DNA from: Fibrobacterota bacterium
GTDB taxonomy: Bacteria; Fibrobacterota; Chitinivibrionia; Chitinivibrionales; Chitinispirillaceae
Assembly: GCA_023436205.1 (NCBI GenBank)
Contig: JAEZKC010000055.1
Span: forward strand, 9,542-73,541
DNA: 64,000 nt
Direction: 5' to 3'
Shown here: positions 37,402 through 46,607 of the stretch, piece after piece
Layout: the number at the start of each line of letters is the position of its first letter
Position numbering within the stretch: position 1 is the first letter of the stretch
Position numbers and translations under genes: made by a program
The notes under the pieces: model-generated
Seen by the model: the letters and a program-made list of their open reading frames with translations, nothing else
Databases searched by the model: none
Told to the model about the DNA's origin: nothing

Positions 37402-37495
37402 TTATCAGGGTATCTTATTGACTTGATTCAGAATGGCGGCAAAGAGTTATCTGTTGCCGCCTGGTTTTGTCGAGGAGGGGAGTTTGATTTCACAC

Positions 37496-38476
37496 TCATT
37501 TGTTTACCGAAAACAGTTTCTTATTCGGTGGATACTTAGGGTAAGGTAGGGTTGAATTGAGTTTTTCCCCATTTAAAACTCTAAAATAAAGATTTACATA
37601 ATCCGCAGCCATCTTTTTCGCACTGAAGCACTCGGAAGCGTACTCATGGCAAATCTTGCCGTCATAGCCGGCGGCTTCCTTCACGGCTCTCACCAGTTCA
37701 TTCATGCTGTTCGAAACGAATCCAACCTCATTTGATATAAGTTCCGGCAGTGCTCCAAAACCTGTTCCGAATACAGGGCATCCGAAGTAAAGACTTTCGA
37801 TTATCGCCAGTCCAAACGGCTCGGGCCATAACACCGGAAAGATGAGTCCCTTGGATGTATTCAGCACTTTGTCTTTTTCTTCTCCTCCGATCATTCCCTT
37901 GAAGGTAACTTGAGGCGAAACGGTAAACCTGAAACCCATTTTGAAATTAAGACGTGTGCCACCTACCACGACCAGCTTCTCTCCCGCCTTCCGGGCAATT
38001 TTGATAGCCCCTTTTACGTTTTTCTTCCTCCATGCAGCATTACCTAAAAAGTGGAAATGTGTTCGTTTATTTTCAAGATCAGGTGTTGAATATTCACTCC
38101 AATCCAGCCCGTTATGTACAAAAACATCGGAGCTAAATCTGGATGCATGATCTTTGGATACGAAAACGGAATTTATGTGGAACTGAGCCGGGGCTTTATT
38201 GACATGAACAGTGACAATGGATGGCTTGCTAATATCTTCTCTGGGTGTGAAGTGGAAGTGAACAACGTCGCATTCCTCGGGGATCTGGTCGTTTATCGGC
38301 AAACTGCTGTTATATGGAACTATGGTCGCATGAGAGCATTTTGACCCGGGATCGGTCAGATAACAAACGTTATGGCCTAACTGAGAAAGCCCCTTCCCCA
38401 AACCCCATACAACTCTTTCGATTCCACCATAGGCCATAACCGGCATTTTTGATAATTCAACAATGCAGATGTTCAA
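37496..38476 (-). CDS. Glycosyltransferase family 4
   Basis: GGIERVVWGLGKGL.. at the N-terminus and EPFGLAIIESLYFGCPVFGT (E-x7-E region). Confidence 0.75.
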   Translation of the reverse strand: MNICIVELSKMPVMAYGGIERVVWGLGKGLSQLGHNVCYLTDPGSKCSHATIVPYNSSLPINDQIPEECDVVHFHFTPREDISKPSIVTVHVNKAPAQFHINSVFVSKDHASRFSSDVFVHNGLDWSEYSTPDLENKRTHFHFLGNAAWRKKNVKGAIKIARKAGEKLVVVGGTRLNFKMGFRFTVSPQVTFKGMIGGEEKDKVLNTSKGLIFPVLWPEPFGLAIIESLYFGCPVFGTGFGALPELISNEVGFVSNSMNELVRAVKEAAGYDGKICHEYASECFSAKKMAADYVNLYFRVLNGEKLNSTLPYPKYPPNKKLFSVNK

Positions 38477-38541
38477 ATCTTCCTCATTTCACATCATTAG
38501 GATTTATATGCGCAAAAGGTAAAATGCACAACCCGACTGGT

Positions 38542-38577
38542 AAAAATAAAAAAGGGCAGACCTTTCAGTCCGCCCTT
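38542..38577 (-). terminator. Rho-independent terminator
   Basis: The minus strand reads GGGCGGAC-tgaaag-GTCTGCCC followed by TTTTTTATTTTT. Confidence 0.8.
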
Positions 38578-38600
38578 TAAATCTCTTTTAATACTAACTC

Positions 38601-39050
38601 TTAGCGAGCCAGTCTCTCCATGGTTTCCTTGTCCACGTTCTCCTTGAGCGCATCTTTGAAAGAGCGGTCGAGAGTGATAGGGTCGGCATTAGGATCGTCC
38701 ATGTCGATAATGTACACCGGAGTGGGGTTATCGAGGTAACCGACAACTTCTGCGCTCTCGAACACAAATGATCGGCTCTTGGCATCGTTCTTCACCTTGG
38801 TGACCAGATCCTTCTCAATCCAGCCTTCCTGACCCGATGATGCTCTTACTTTAAGATGGTTTTTCTTGGTTTCGATAATAGTGAGATAATCGCTTGGGCC
38901 TACAGAAAAAATCGGACGCTCATACGCCTCTCTGATCTCGTTCTGGTAGATTCCCACATCATTCTTCGTCGGCTGAACCACCTTATCCTTCTGAGCGAAC
39001 ACGGTGACAGCTGCAAACGCAAGGATCAGTGACCACTTGCTTAAACGCAT
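38601..39050 (-). CDS. Secreted protein with SH3b-like region (149 aa)
   Basis: Signal peptide (..AAVTVFAQ). DYLTIIETKKNHLKVRASSGQEGWIEKDLV resembles bacterial SH3 domains. Confidence 0.45.
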   Translation of the reverse strand: MRLSKWSLILAFAAVTVFAQKDKVVQPTKNDVGIYQNEIREAYERPIFSVGPSDYLTIIETKKNHLKVRASSGQEGWIEKDLVTKVKNDAKSRSFVFESAEVVGYLDNPTPVYIIDMDDPNADPITLDRSFKDALKENVDKETMERLAR

Positions 39051-39273
39051 AATTAGCTCCTTTTGATGTTTTTCCAGTCGTTCGAAACCTTACTGTTTAG
39101 TATAATATTTTCTATTTTTAAAAGCAACAGCATCAAAATAAAAAACTTACAACTCTACCTACTTAGTGGCTACAGTATCCATAACTGTTCGTTTTATTGG
39201 ATTTCTTTTTAGCCATTATTAAGCTGCTTTTCATGCTCCTGTCCTTCGAAAAAAAGGTGAACTGGATTCCTTT

Positions 39274-39363
39274 GTTAACGGCGAAGACGCCTTGTCTGAC
39301 ACCGGGTATCTACCTCACTGGGAAGCCTCCGGTGTACATAGTCATCAGAGTTCATCAACCATG
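39274..39363 (-). repeat. Dispersed ~90-nt element, copy E
   Basis: The plus strand reads gttaacggcgaagacgccttgtctgacaccgggtatctacctcactgggaagcctccggtgtacatagtcatcagagttcatcaaccatg. Confidence 0.8.
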
Positions 39364-39418
39364 ACTGTCCAGAACGGAACTTTGGCCCCCGTAGTCGTAA
39401 ACCGGTCTGATCCGAATT

Positions 39419-39506
39419 CGTGATGATACACTCCGATCACTATTTTTGAAAATCCTTCAGTGCGGGAATTGGTGCCGGTGACCTGTAAGGCGTCTTCGCC
39501 GTTAAC
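39419..39506 (+). repeat. Dispersed ~90-nt element, copy F
   Basis: cgtgatgatacactccgatcactatttttgaaaatccttcagtgcgggaattggtgccggtgacctgtaaggcgtcttcgccgttaac. Confidence 0.85.
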
Positions 39507-39577
39507 CAGAAGTCCTTACTCTTTTTAGAGCAGGAGTAGCCAGGTTTGCCTTACACCCTGACTACTCTCACGCTCCA

Positions 39578-41032
39578 TCAATCGCAGGGATACGCCACGT
39601 CCATATCCTTTGCCGCCTTAGTCTCGTTAAGCCTGCTCACCGGTGCGCAGACTGGAGCGTTGTGCAGCGCATCCGGGTTTTCCTCTGCCTCCTTGGCAAT
39701 TTGAATCATGGCTTCCACAAAGGCATCCAGAGTCTCCCGGCTTTCAGTCTCCGTGGGCTCGATCATCATGGCTTCCTTGATGATAAGCGGAAAATAGATT
39801 GTGGGTGGATGAAATCCCTTGTCAATGAGGGCTTTGGCGATGTCAAGCGCATGAACATCGTTTTCCAGCTGCTTTTTGGCGCTCAGGACACACTCGTGCA
39901 TGCAGGTCTTGAGATATGGAACATCGTAATGATCCTTGAGAGAATGCATGATGTAGTTGGCGTTGAGTACCGCCTGTTCGCTCACCTGGCGCAAACCTCC
40001 CGCACCCTGAAGCAGGATATAGGCGTAAGCCTTGAGGCACACCAGGAAATTACCGTAAAATGGTGCGATATAACCAATAGATTTGGGATAATCATAATCG
40101 AGCGCATAGGTGCCGTCTGAGCGCTTGGTGACCCGCGAGATGGGCATAAATGGTGTGAGGTGCTTTTTCACCCCCACCGGGCCGGCTCCGGGACCGCCTC
40201 CACCGTGCGGTGTGGCGAATGTCTTGTGTAAATTGACATGCATCACATCGAAATCGCTGTCGCCCGGTCTGAATTGCCCCAGAATGGCGTTGAGGTTGGC
40301 GCCATCATAATAAAGCAGCGCATCATAGGAGTGCACCAGATCGGCAATTTCCTTGATCTGCGAATTGAACAGCCCCAGGGTGTTGGGATTGGTCAGCATC
40401 ACCGCAGCGGTGTTTTCGTTGAGCGCTTCCTTGAGTTTGGCGATATCCAGTGTGCCGGTAGCGGGATCGGTCGGGATGGATCTGATTTTATACCCGGCTA
40501 TAGCCGCGCTCGAGGGGTTGGTCCCGTGTGCTTCATCGGGAATGAGCACTTCGGTTTTTTTGTTGCCCTTGTCGCGGTGATAAGCTGCGATGAGCATCAT
40601 GCCGGTAAGCTCTCCGTGAGCTCCGGCCATAGGCTGCAGGGTAAAGGAGTCCATGCCGGTTATTTCGCACAGGAGGCTTTCCAGATCGTAAAGCACTGCC
40701 AAAGCACCCTGCGTGAGCATACCTCCCCGTCTTAGCTGTGGAAGAAGCGGGTGGAGGTTCGAAAAGCCATCCAGAGCCGCGATTTTCTCGCACACCTTGG
40801 GGTTGTATTTCATGGTGCAGGAACCGAGCGGGTAGAAGTTTGTGTCTACGCCGTAGTTCTTCCGTGAAAGAGCAGTGAAATGACGAACCACGTCCAGTTC
40901 GGAGAGTTCACAGAGCTGCGGTTCCTTTTCTCGTCTGTATTTTTCGGGAATGACAGCTTCCACAGGAACATCATTTTTAGGAAGGAGGACGCCTCTGCGC
41001 CCCTTTACTGATTTTTCGAATATCACTGACAT
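39578..41032 (-). CDS. gcvPB: Glycine dehydrogenase (decarboxylating) subunit 2
   Basis: PLP-lysine context NLHKTFATPHGGGGPG. Position downstream of gcvPA. Confidence 0.9.
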   Translation of the reverse strand: MSVIFEKSVKGRRGVLLPKNDVPVEAVIPEKYRREKEPQLCELSELDVVRHFTALSRKNYGVDTNFYPLGSCTMKYNPKVCEKIAALDGFSNLHPLLPQLRRGGMLTQGALAVLYDLESLLCEITGMDSFTLQPMAGAHGELTGMMLIAAYHRDKGNKKTEVLIPDEAHGTNPSSAAIAGYKIRSIPTDPATGTLDIAKLKEALNENTAAVMLTNPNTLGLFNSQIKEIADLVHSYDALLYYDGANLNAILGQFRPGDSDFDVMHVNLHKTFATPHGGGGPGAGPVGVKKHLTPFMPISRVTKRSDGTYALDYDYPKSIGYIAPFYGNFLVCLKAYAYILLQGAGGLRQVSEQAVLNANYIMHSLKDHYDVPYLKTCMHECVLSAKKQLENDVHALDIAKALIDKGFHPPTIYFPLIIKEAMMIEPTETESRETLDAFVEAMIQIAKEAEENPDALHNAPVCAPVSRLNETKAAKDMDVAYPCD

Positions 41033-42360
41033 AATACCGCCTCCAGAGTCTCAGCGAAAAGCCCGATCTCCTGCTTGGTGCGCTTTTCGGTGACTGCCAC
41101 CAGCAGATAGTTTTCCATGCTCTTATAGTACCGTCCCAGGGGGAACCCTGCGGCAAATCCCCGTTCAATCATTCGTCCCACGCATTCCGCGGCATCCATC
41201 GGCAGCTTGACCGTGAATTCGTTGAAGGTGGGGGATGATTCCATCACCTTTACACCAGGGATAGCTTTGATTCTTTCTTTGGCGTAATAGGCTTTGTTAA
41301 GGCACAGTGTGGCCACTTTCTTGAGGCCCTCTTTACCCATGAGACTCAGGTAGATGTGGGCTTTTAGAGCGCAGAGTGCTTCATTGGAGCAGATGTTGGA
41401 GGTCGCCTTTTCCCGGCGGATATGCTGTTCTCTGGCCTGTAAAGAGAGCACGAAGCCCTCTTTTCCCTGGGTGTCCACTGTTCTGGCCACGATGCGGCCG
41501 GGCATTTTACGCACCAGTTCCTTGCGGGCGCCAATGAATCCAAGGTATGGCCCTCCGAAGGAGAGCGGGATTCCAAGCGACTGGCCCTCGCCGGTGGCGA
41601 TATCAATTCCCTGTTCGCTTGGACTTTTGAGAAGCGGCAAGGCGATGGGGTAAACAGATTGAATGGTGAGAATGCCCAGTGATTTGCATTTCTTCGCTAC
41701 ATCGGAGTGGTCATCGATCACTCCGAAAAAGTTCGGGTTCTGAAGGACCACGGCGGCAGTTCTGTCATCGAGGGCTGAAAAGAGTTTCTCCCGGTCGCTC
41801 TGTCCGTGGGAAACATCGATTTCCACCAGTTCGATGGACAAGCTGGCGGTGTATGAATAAAGTATCTTGCGGTAGATGGGGTTGACTCCGCCGTCGATCA
41901 CTACTTTAGGTCTTCCGGTGGCACTGAGCGCCATCTGGCAGGCTTCGTAGAGAGCGGTTCCGCCATCGTAGAGCGATGCGTTGGATACATCCATACCCGT
42001 GAGCCGGCAGATATGGGACTGGTATTCGTAAATAGCCTGCAGTGTTCCCTGTGAGAGTTCCGGCTGGTAGGGAGTGTAGGCGGTGTAGAATTCGCTTCTG
42101 CCGCTAAGGGCATCTACAGCTGCAGGTATGAAATGATCGTAGAACCCGCCGCCCAGAAATGATATGAGATGAGAGTAGTTCTGGGATGCAAGCTTTTCGC
42201 ACAAAGAAAGCACTTCCAGTTCCGATTTCCCCTCGGGGAGGGAAAAGCTTTTAGGAGCAAGATTCTTGGGAATGTCGGCGAAGAGCTGATCCATGGATGA
42301 CAGCCCGCATCGCTCAAGCATCTCTTTCTGCTGGTCCGGGGTAACGGGTATATAGCTCAT
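41023..42360 (-). CDS. gcvPA: Glycine dehydrogenase (decarboxylating) subunit 1
   Basis: MSYIPVTPDQQKEML.., FYTAYTPYQPELSQGTLQ and ATSNICSNEAL motifs. Confidence 0.9.
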   Translation of the reverse strand: MSYIPVTPDQQKEMLERCGLSSMDQLFADIPKNLAPKSFSLPEGKSELEVLSLCEKLASQNYSHLISFLGGGFYDHFIPAAVDALSGRSEFYTAYTPYQPELSQGTLQAIYEYQSHICRLTGMDVSNASLYDGGTALYEACQMALSATGRPKVVIDGGVNPIYRKILYSYTASLSIELVEIDVSHGQSDREKLFSALDDRTAAVVLQNPNFFGVIDDHSDVAKKCKSLGILTIQSVYPIALPLLKSPSEQGIDIATGEGQSLGIPLSFGGPYLGFIGARKELVRKMPGRIVARTVDTQGKEGFVLSLQAREQHIRREKATSNICSNEALCALKAHIYLSLMGKEGLKKVATLCLNKAYYAKERIKAIPGVKVMESSPTFNEFTVKLPMDAAECVGRMIERGFAAGFPLGRYYKSMENYLLVAVTEKRTKQEIGLFAETLEAVLCQ

Positions 42361-42741
42361 TTAGATGGTCTCCAGATATTTTTCGTAGGATTCGGCATCC
42401 ATGAGATCGTCGATTTCTGATTTGTCGATATTCTTGACTGTGAACAGCCAGCCGCTGTTGTAGGGATCCTGGTTGATCGCTTCCGGTGCGGATTCCAGTG
42501 TGTCGTTGGCCGATTCCACTGCTCCGGAGATGGGGGAGAAGATGTCGCTTGCTGCCTTAACAGATTCGATTACGCCGGCCTCAAGCCCCTTTTTCACTGC
42601 TTTGCCGATTGCGGGAAGCTCAATGAAGGTGATATCACCGAGGCTGTCCTGAGCATGATCGCTTATGCCTACCCGGGCGATGTCGCCTTCGATTTTTACC
42701 CATTCGTGTGTTCTGGTGTATTTGCGGTCATTGGGGGTCAT
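42361..42741 (-). CDS. gcvH: Glycine cleavage system H protein
   Basis: YTRTHEWVKIEGD.. and the lipoyl-lysine context VIESVKAASDIFSPISG. Confidence 0.9.
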   Translation of the reverse strand: MTPNDRKYTRTHEWVKIEGDIARVGISDHAQDSLGDITFIELPAIGKAVKKGLEAGVIESVKAASDIFSPISGAVESANDTLESAPEAINQDPYNSGWLFTVKNIDKSEIDDLMDAESYEKYLETI

Positions 42742-42783
42742 GCATGGCTCCTTTGTAAGTCGTCTATGAACTGATGGTTGTTT

Positions 42784-43884
42784 TCATTTGGTCAGGAATA
42801 CGCTCAGGTCTGCCCGAGCAGTGGCCTGTTTGTAAAAAGGAAGCTCGGAAACAGTACCGGGGATCAGGGCTTTGCCCGACTGGATCTGCACTGCGGAACC
42901 CATGGCTGCCTCTTTCTTATTAATATAGGCCAGGGAAACTGCTGATCCCAGAGATGGGGAGAAGCTGCCGCTGGTCACAATGCCGATGGTGTCGCCCTCT
43001 TTGTTCAGGACCAGATCTCCATGCCGGGCGGCTCTTCTGCCTTCGAGGCTTACTCCTCTGAGGATCTGCGCAGTGTTGGACTGATCGCTGACCCGGGCTG
43101 ATCCGATAAACTGCTTTTTGGTGGATATGGCTCTGCTGAAACCCGATTCGGCCGCGTTTCGTTCCGAATCAAGCTCATGACCATAAAGTGGAAATCCCAT
43201 TTCAAGCCTCAGGGTATCTCTGCAGCCTAAACCAGCCGGAACGGCTCCGCGGCTGATGCAGTCATTCCAGAGGGAGACTGCCAGATCGTTGCTCAAGTAG
43301 ATTTCAAATCCGATTTCGCCGGTGTACCCGGTGCGGCTGACGATCACCTTTTCATTATTATAGTAGTTGTAAGCAAAGGTGTAGTATTTGAGATCAGTGA
43401 TGGAATCTTTCAGGAGGCTCTGGACGATGCGGGGGGCATTTGGTCCCTGAATATCAAGCTTTGCTGTCCTGGAGGAGATGTTTTCAATTTTTGTGCTTTC
43501 CGAAAGATGGGAGCTGACCCACTGGAAATCATTTTCTTCGGTGGATGCGTTCACCACCATCATAAATTCTGTTTCGCCGATTCGGTAGAGGATCTGGTCG
43601 TCGATGACTCCACCCTGTTCGTTGCAGATGAATCCATAGCGGCAGGAGCCGATTTTAAGCGATGCCACATCGCAGGAGAGAAGCTTTTCCAGATCGGGCA
43701 CTGCTGTTTGCCCGCCGATTATGAATTCACCCATGTGGCAAGTATCGAAAATTACCGCCTCGCAGCGGCAGGCCTGGTGCTCTTTAATAATTCCCGTATA
43801 CTGGATGGGCATATCGTAGCCGCCGAAAGGTGCCATTTTGGCTCCCAGGGCCACGTGAGTATCGTAAAGAACAGTTTTTTTCAT
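42784..43884 (-). CDS. gcvT: Glycine cleavage system aminomethyltransferase T
   Basis: MKKTVLYDTHVALGAKMAPFGGYDMPIQY is the canonical GcvT N-terminus. The 23 codons upstream in the listed ORF are not GcvT-like. Confidence 0.9.
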   Translation of the reverse strand: MKKTVLYDTHVALGAKMAPFGGYDMPIQYTGIIKEHQACRCEAVIFDTCHMGEFIIGGQTAVPDLEKLLSCDVASLKIGSCRYGFICNEQGGVIDDQILYRIGETEFMMVVNASTEENDFQWVSSHLSESTKIENISSRTAKLDIQGPNAPRIVQSLLKDSITDLKYYTFAYNYYNNEKVIVSRTGYTGEIGFEIYLSNDLAVSLWNDCISRGAVPAGLGCRDTLRLEMGFPLYGHELDSERNAAESGFSRAISTKKQFIGSARVSDQSNTAQILRGVSLEGRRAARHGDLVLNKEGDTIGIVTSGSFSPSLGSAVSLAYINKKEAAMGSAVQIQSGKALIPGTVSELPFYKQATARADLSVFLTK

Positions 43885-44354
43885 TTTCCGGACCGGTTGT
43901 GTGTGAGAGAATCTGTGAAGCAGGAAAATAAATCTCAACGGGGTAATGCTCAATACATTGTGGGGACGGACTATGATGTCTGCACCTAAATTGTTGAATT
44001 GTAACTGAAACCGCTCTAAAAAAGTGTCAAAATATCAACATTCAAGCCAATATTTCCGGCCCCCAACAGTCCTCTGCGGCCGTTTTGCGCTATTCGTTAA
44101 CGCATCATGGCTTCATAATGATCTGAACTTTGTACCGATGAAAGGCACAAGAGGAGAAGACAAATTGTGACTTGAATCTATTTGGGATGGGTACTTAAAA
44201 ATCTCTATTCTGTGTTCCTGAGTTTTGATGTGAGGCTATCAAGAAAGTTGTAAATCAAAAATAACTAAAAGAAAGGTCGCGACCTCGATGTTTACATGGG
44301 ATAATTGACATTTCCCCGCTAATACTTTTATTCTTATTTGGCACTTTTTTCATT

Positions 44355-44693
44355 GTGCTTAAAATATCCAGGGCGAGTTCGATAAACAAGAAATTGAAAT
44401 TGGCAAAAGACTGGCCTGCAACTGAAGCTGAAATAATTTCATCAGGATATTCCGACAGGATTGCATATACGAAATACGGCCCAAGGAAAACAGGTGCTTC
44501 CATACCTGATGTTAAGTATAGGTATACAGTGAATGATAAAGTTTACACGAATGATCAGTTGTCAATTACACCTGTTGATTATTTGAACGAATCACGGGTT
44601 GTTTCTTTACTGAATCATCTTGAGGACGAAAAAACTGTTGATATCTATTACAATCCAGAGAACCCTTCTGAGTCGGTAATTTTCAGGGTGTAA
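44355..44693 (+). CDS. DUF3592-like membrane protein; annotated start probably wrong or the gene is frameshifted
   Basis: WPATEAEII...VKYRYTVNDKVYTNDQ...VDIYYNPENPSESVI fits the DUF3592 pattern. The expected N-terminal TM helix (ISPLILLFLFGTFFIV) is encoded in-frame upstream of the first usable start (GTG 44355). Confidence 0.5.
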   Translation: MLKISRASSINKKLKLAKDWPATEAEIISSGYSDRIAYTKYGPRKTGASIPDVKYRYTVNDKVYTNDQLSITPVDYLNESRVVSLLNHLEDEKTVDIYYNPENPSESVIFRV

Positions 44694-44906
44694 CAGCTTA
44701 CGTTTTCTGTTCGGATTTCAAGGTGTTTTGGTCTGTATAGTAGCTGGAATAGCTTCATTTTTCCCGTTCCAAAGAATTCCCCAAACGGGGGAAATGGTGG
44801 TGATTCGGATCAATTATGATGCAGGTTACTAAACTACCGTCAAAGAATCCGCACTACTACCTAAGGTCAATTTCTTCTCAAACTTGATCGCCGAATATTT
44901 CAGTTT

Positions 44907-46049
44907 TTATAAATCTTCTTTATTCCTCAAACCATCAATTATGTCACACTCAAGACCTGTAACTTTTCTGATCGTCTCGTTATCCATTCCCAGTGAAATC
45001 ATATTTCGAGTTATATTCTGTTCATACTGAACAGCTTTCAGTTCGAGCTGATAAACTTTCTTCTCAAGCTGCTGAATCTTTTGCTCGTATTCTCGAGATC
45101 TCTGTTCACACTGCTGAATTTTTAACTCGTATTCGCGAGATCTCAGTTCATATTCCTGAATTTTCAACTCGTACTCTCGAGATCTCTGTTCATATTCCTG
45201 AATTTTTAACTCGTACTCTCGGAATTTCTGTTCATATAACTGAATTTTCCGTTCGTTTTCACTCTGAGCATTATCAAGTTCCTCCTTGAAAAACTCCCTT
45301 AGTACTTCATCAAGTATCTGTTTGGTTTCTTCATCATATTCCATCACCACACCTCTGATCGTATTTATGATCTCGGGAACCAGTTTTCTGGGCGCGGCGG
45401 TCATAATATAGAGCAAAAAGGCTTTTAAATAGCCTTTTGCTTCTGGCGCACCATCAAACTCTCTAAATATTACGGCTATCTCGCCCAGTTTCTTTGGCAG
45501 CTGAGGGTGGTGAATATGTTTGAGAGCTAAAAACAGAATTCTCAAGTAAGGTACGCCGGTTATGCATTGATCGGGCATTCTGGACAGGTCTAAAACTACA
45601 AAAGTCAGATCGGGGAAATTGGGCTGCAAAGAGAATGGTCTCGTACTCAGCATGAAATCTTCTCCCATTGCCCAGCCAGAGTGTGTCTGGTTAATTACGA
45701 TAGAGAGCACCTTGGGGTTTTTGGCATTTCTTCCGTATTGACGTCTGTGATACTGAAGAATCATGGCAATATTTTCAACTAATTGAGACCCTGTACCGTG
45801 GTCTGCATAACTCTTATGCTCGAAAAGTATATAGGTGCGCTTTGTGCGATCATGATTCAGCGCTGAATAAACAACATCGGAGAAGAACTCGAGCAGATCG
45901 GTAGTGATATGGCTATCTTTGACCGATTCCAAGGTGTCTAGATCAATTTCCGCCTTGTCTTTATCGCTCACGTAATTCCGGATGAAACTACGGACAACCG
46001 GTTTTCGGCTGAATGCTTCCTTGAAAAGCAGATCGTGAGGATGATTCAA
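44907..46049 (-). CDS. Rpn-family recombination-promoting nuclease / putative transposase paralog with coiled-coil repeat tail
   Basis: N-terminus MNHPHDLLFKEAFS.., D..E.K core (DVVYSAL..RTYILFEHKS), then about four 14-aa repeats REYELKIQEYEQRS. No copy of the ~90-nt element flanks it. Confidence 0.7.
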   Translation of the reverse strand: MNHPHDLLFKEAFSRKPVVRSFIRNYVSDKDKAEIDLDTLESVKDSHITTDLLEFFSDVVYSALNHDRTKRTYILFEHKSYADHGTGSQLVENIAMILQYHRRQYGRNAKNPKVLSIVINQTHSGWAMGEDFMLSTRPFSLQPNFPDLTFVVLDLSRMPDQCITGVPYLRILFLALKHIHHPQLPKKLGEIAVIFREFDGAPEAKGYLKAFLLYIMTAAPRKLVPEIINTIRGVVMEYDEETKQILDEVLREFFKEELDNAQSENERKIQLYEQKFREYELKIQEYEQRSREYELKIQEYELRSREYELKIQQCEQRSREYEQKIQQLEKKVYQLELKAVQYEQNITRNMISLGMDNETIRKVTGLECDIIDGLRNKEDL

Positions 46050-46164
46050 AGGTAACCTCCTTACGGGTTCTAATAAGATAAATCGCAGAAGGATGTGGTC
46101 TGCAGAAAAATGTCAGGGTTGTGAGCAGGAAAAGGCAAAAGAACTTTGTGGAGGGTATGCCTTT

Positions 46165-46389
46165 ATGGCTGTTGATTATTTAAAGAAGACTATTGATACA
46201 CTTATGACACTGCCCATTGAAATACAGGTTGAAGTGCATGATTTCACTCTATTCCAGAAGTCATCGTTATCTCAAGGTAATATGAAAACAGAACAAAAGG
46301 CAGGCTCCGTACTGAATATAGTGGGTATCGGTAAGAGCGGACTTGGCGATTTATCCATTAATCATGGCAAATATCTTTATGACAAATAA
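46165..46389 (+). CDS. Antitoxin-like small protein (DUF2281-like)
   Basis: GGAGGG lies 10 nt upstream of the ATG. TLMTLPIEIQVEVHDFTLF resembles the DUF2281 antitoxin motif. Its stop overlaps the ATG of the PIN remnant. Confidence 0.45.
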   Translation: MAVDYLKKTIDTLMTLPIEIQVEVHDFTLFQKSSLSQGNMKTEQKAGSVLNIVGIGKSGLGDLSINHGKYLYDK

Positions 46390-46562
46390 AGAACGCAGCT
46401 TGGTTGACACCGGGGCATAGCTTGCCATTTCCGATACAAGTGACCAGCATCACCTGAAGGCTGCCAACTATTTACGACAGCTTATCAGTGAAGGTCGTGA
46501 ATGTCACAACTAATCTGGTTATTTACGAACGTGGCTTTACCCTGAGAGAAGAAAAATTCTAA
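46379..46562 (+). pseudogene. Decayed PIN-domain (VapC-like) toxin gene
   Basis: MTNKERSLVDTGA*LAISDTSDQHHLKAANYL... has an in-frame TAG at codon 14 and a +1 shift near 46500, after which VTTNLVIYERGF continues the PIN pattern. The remnant is also 3'-truncated (about 60 codons in total). Confidence 0.55.
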
Positions 46563-46607
46563 CATCTGTGAAATTTGTGCCCTCCGTGAGAACTAATTTT
46601 TCACTTG

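Noticed and set aside
42784-43953. N-terminal extension of gcvT (MSITPLRFIFLLHRFSHTQPVRK-)
   Set aside because: The canonical GcvT N-terminus begins at MKKTVLYDTH (ATG at 43884). The extension has no homology-like features.
43885-44354. Expected glycine riboswitch in the long 5' region upstream of gcvT
   Set aside because: Reading the minus strand, I could not find the conserved aptamer cores (GGAGAG...CACCGAAGGGGCAA...CTCTGGAGA type) in either tandem position. A covariance-model scan would be the decisive test, and a hit would overturn this rejection.
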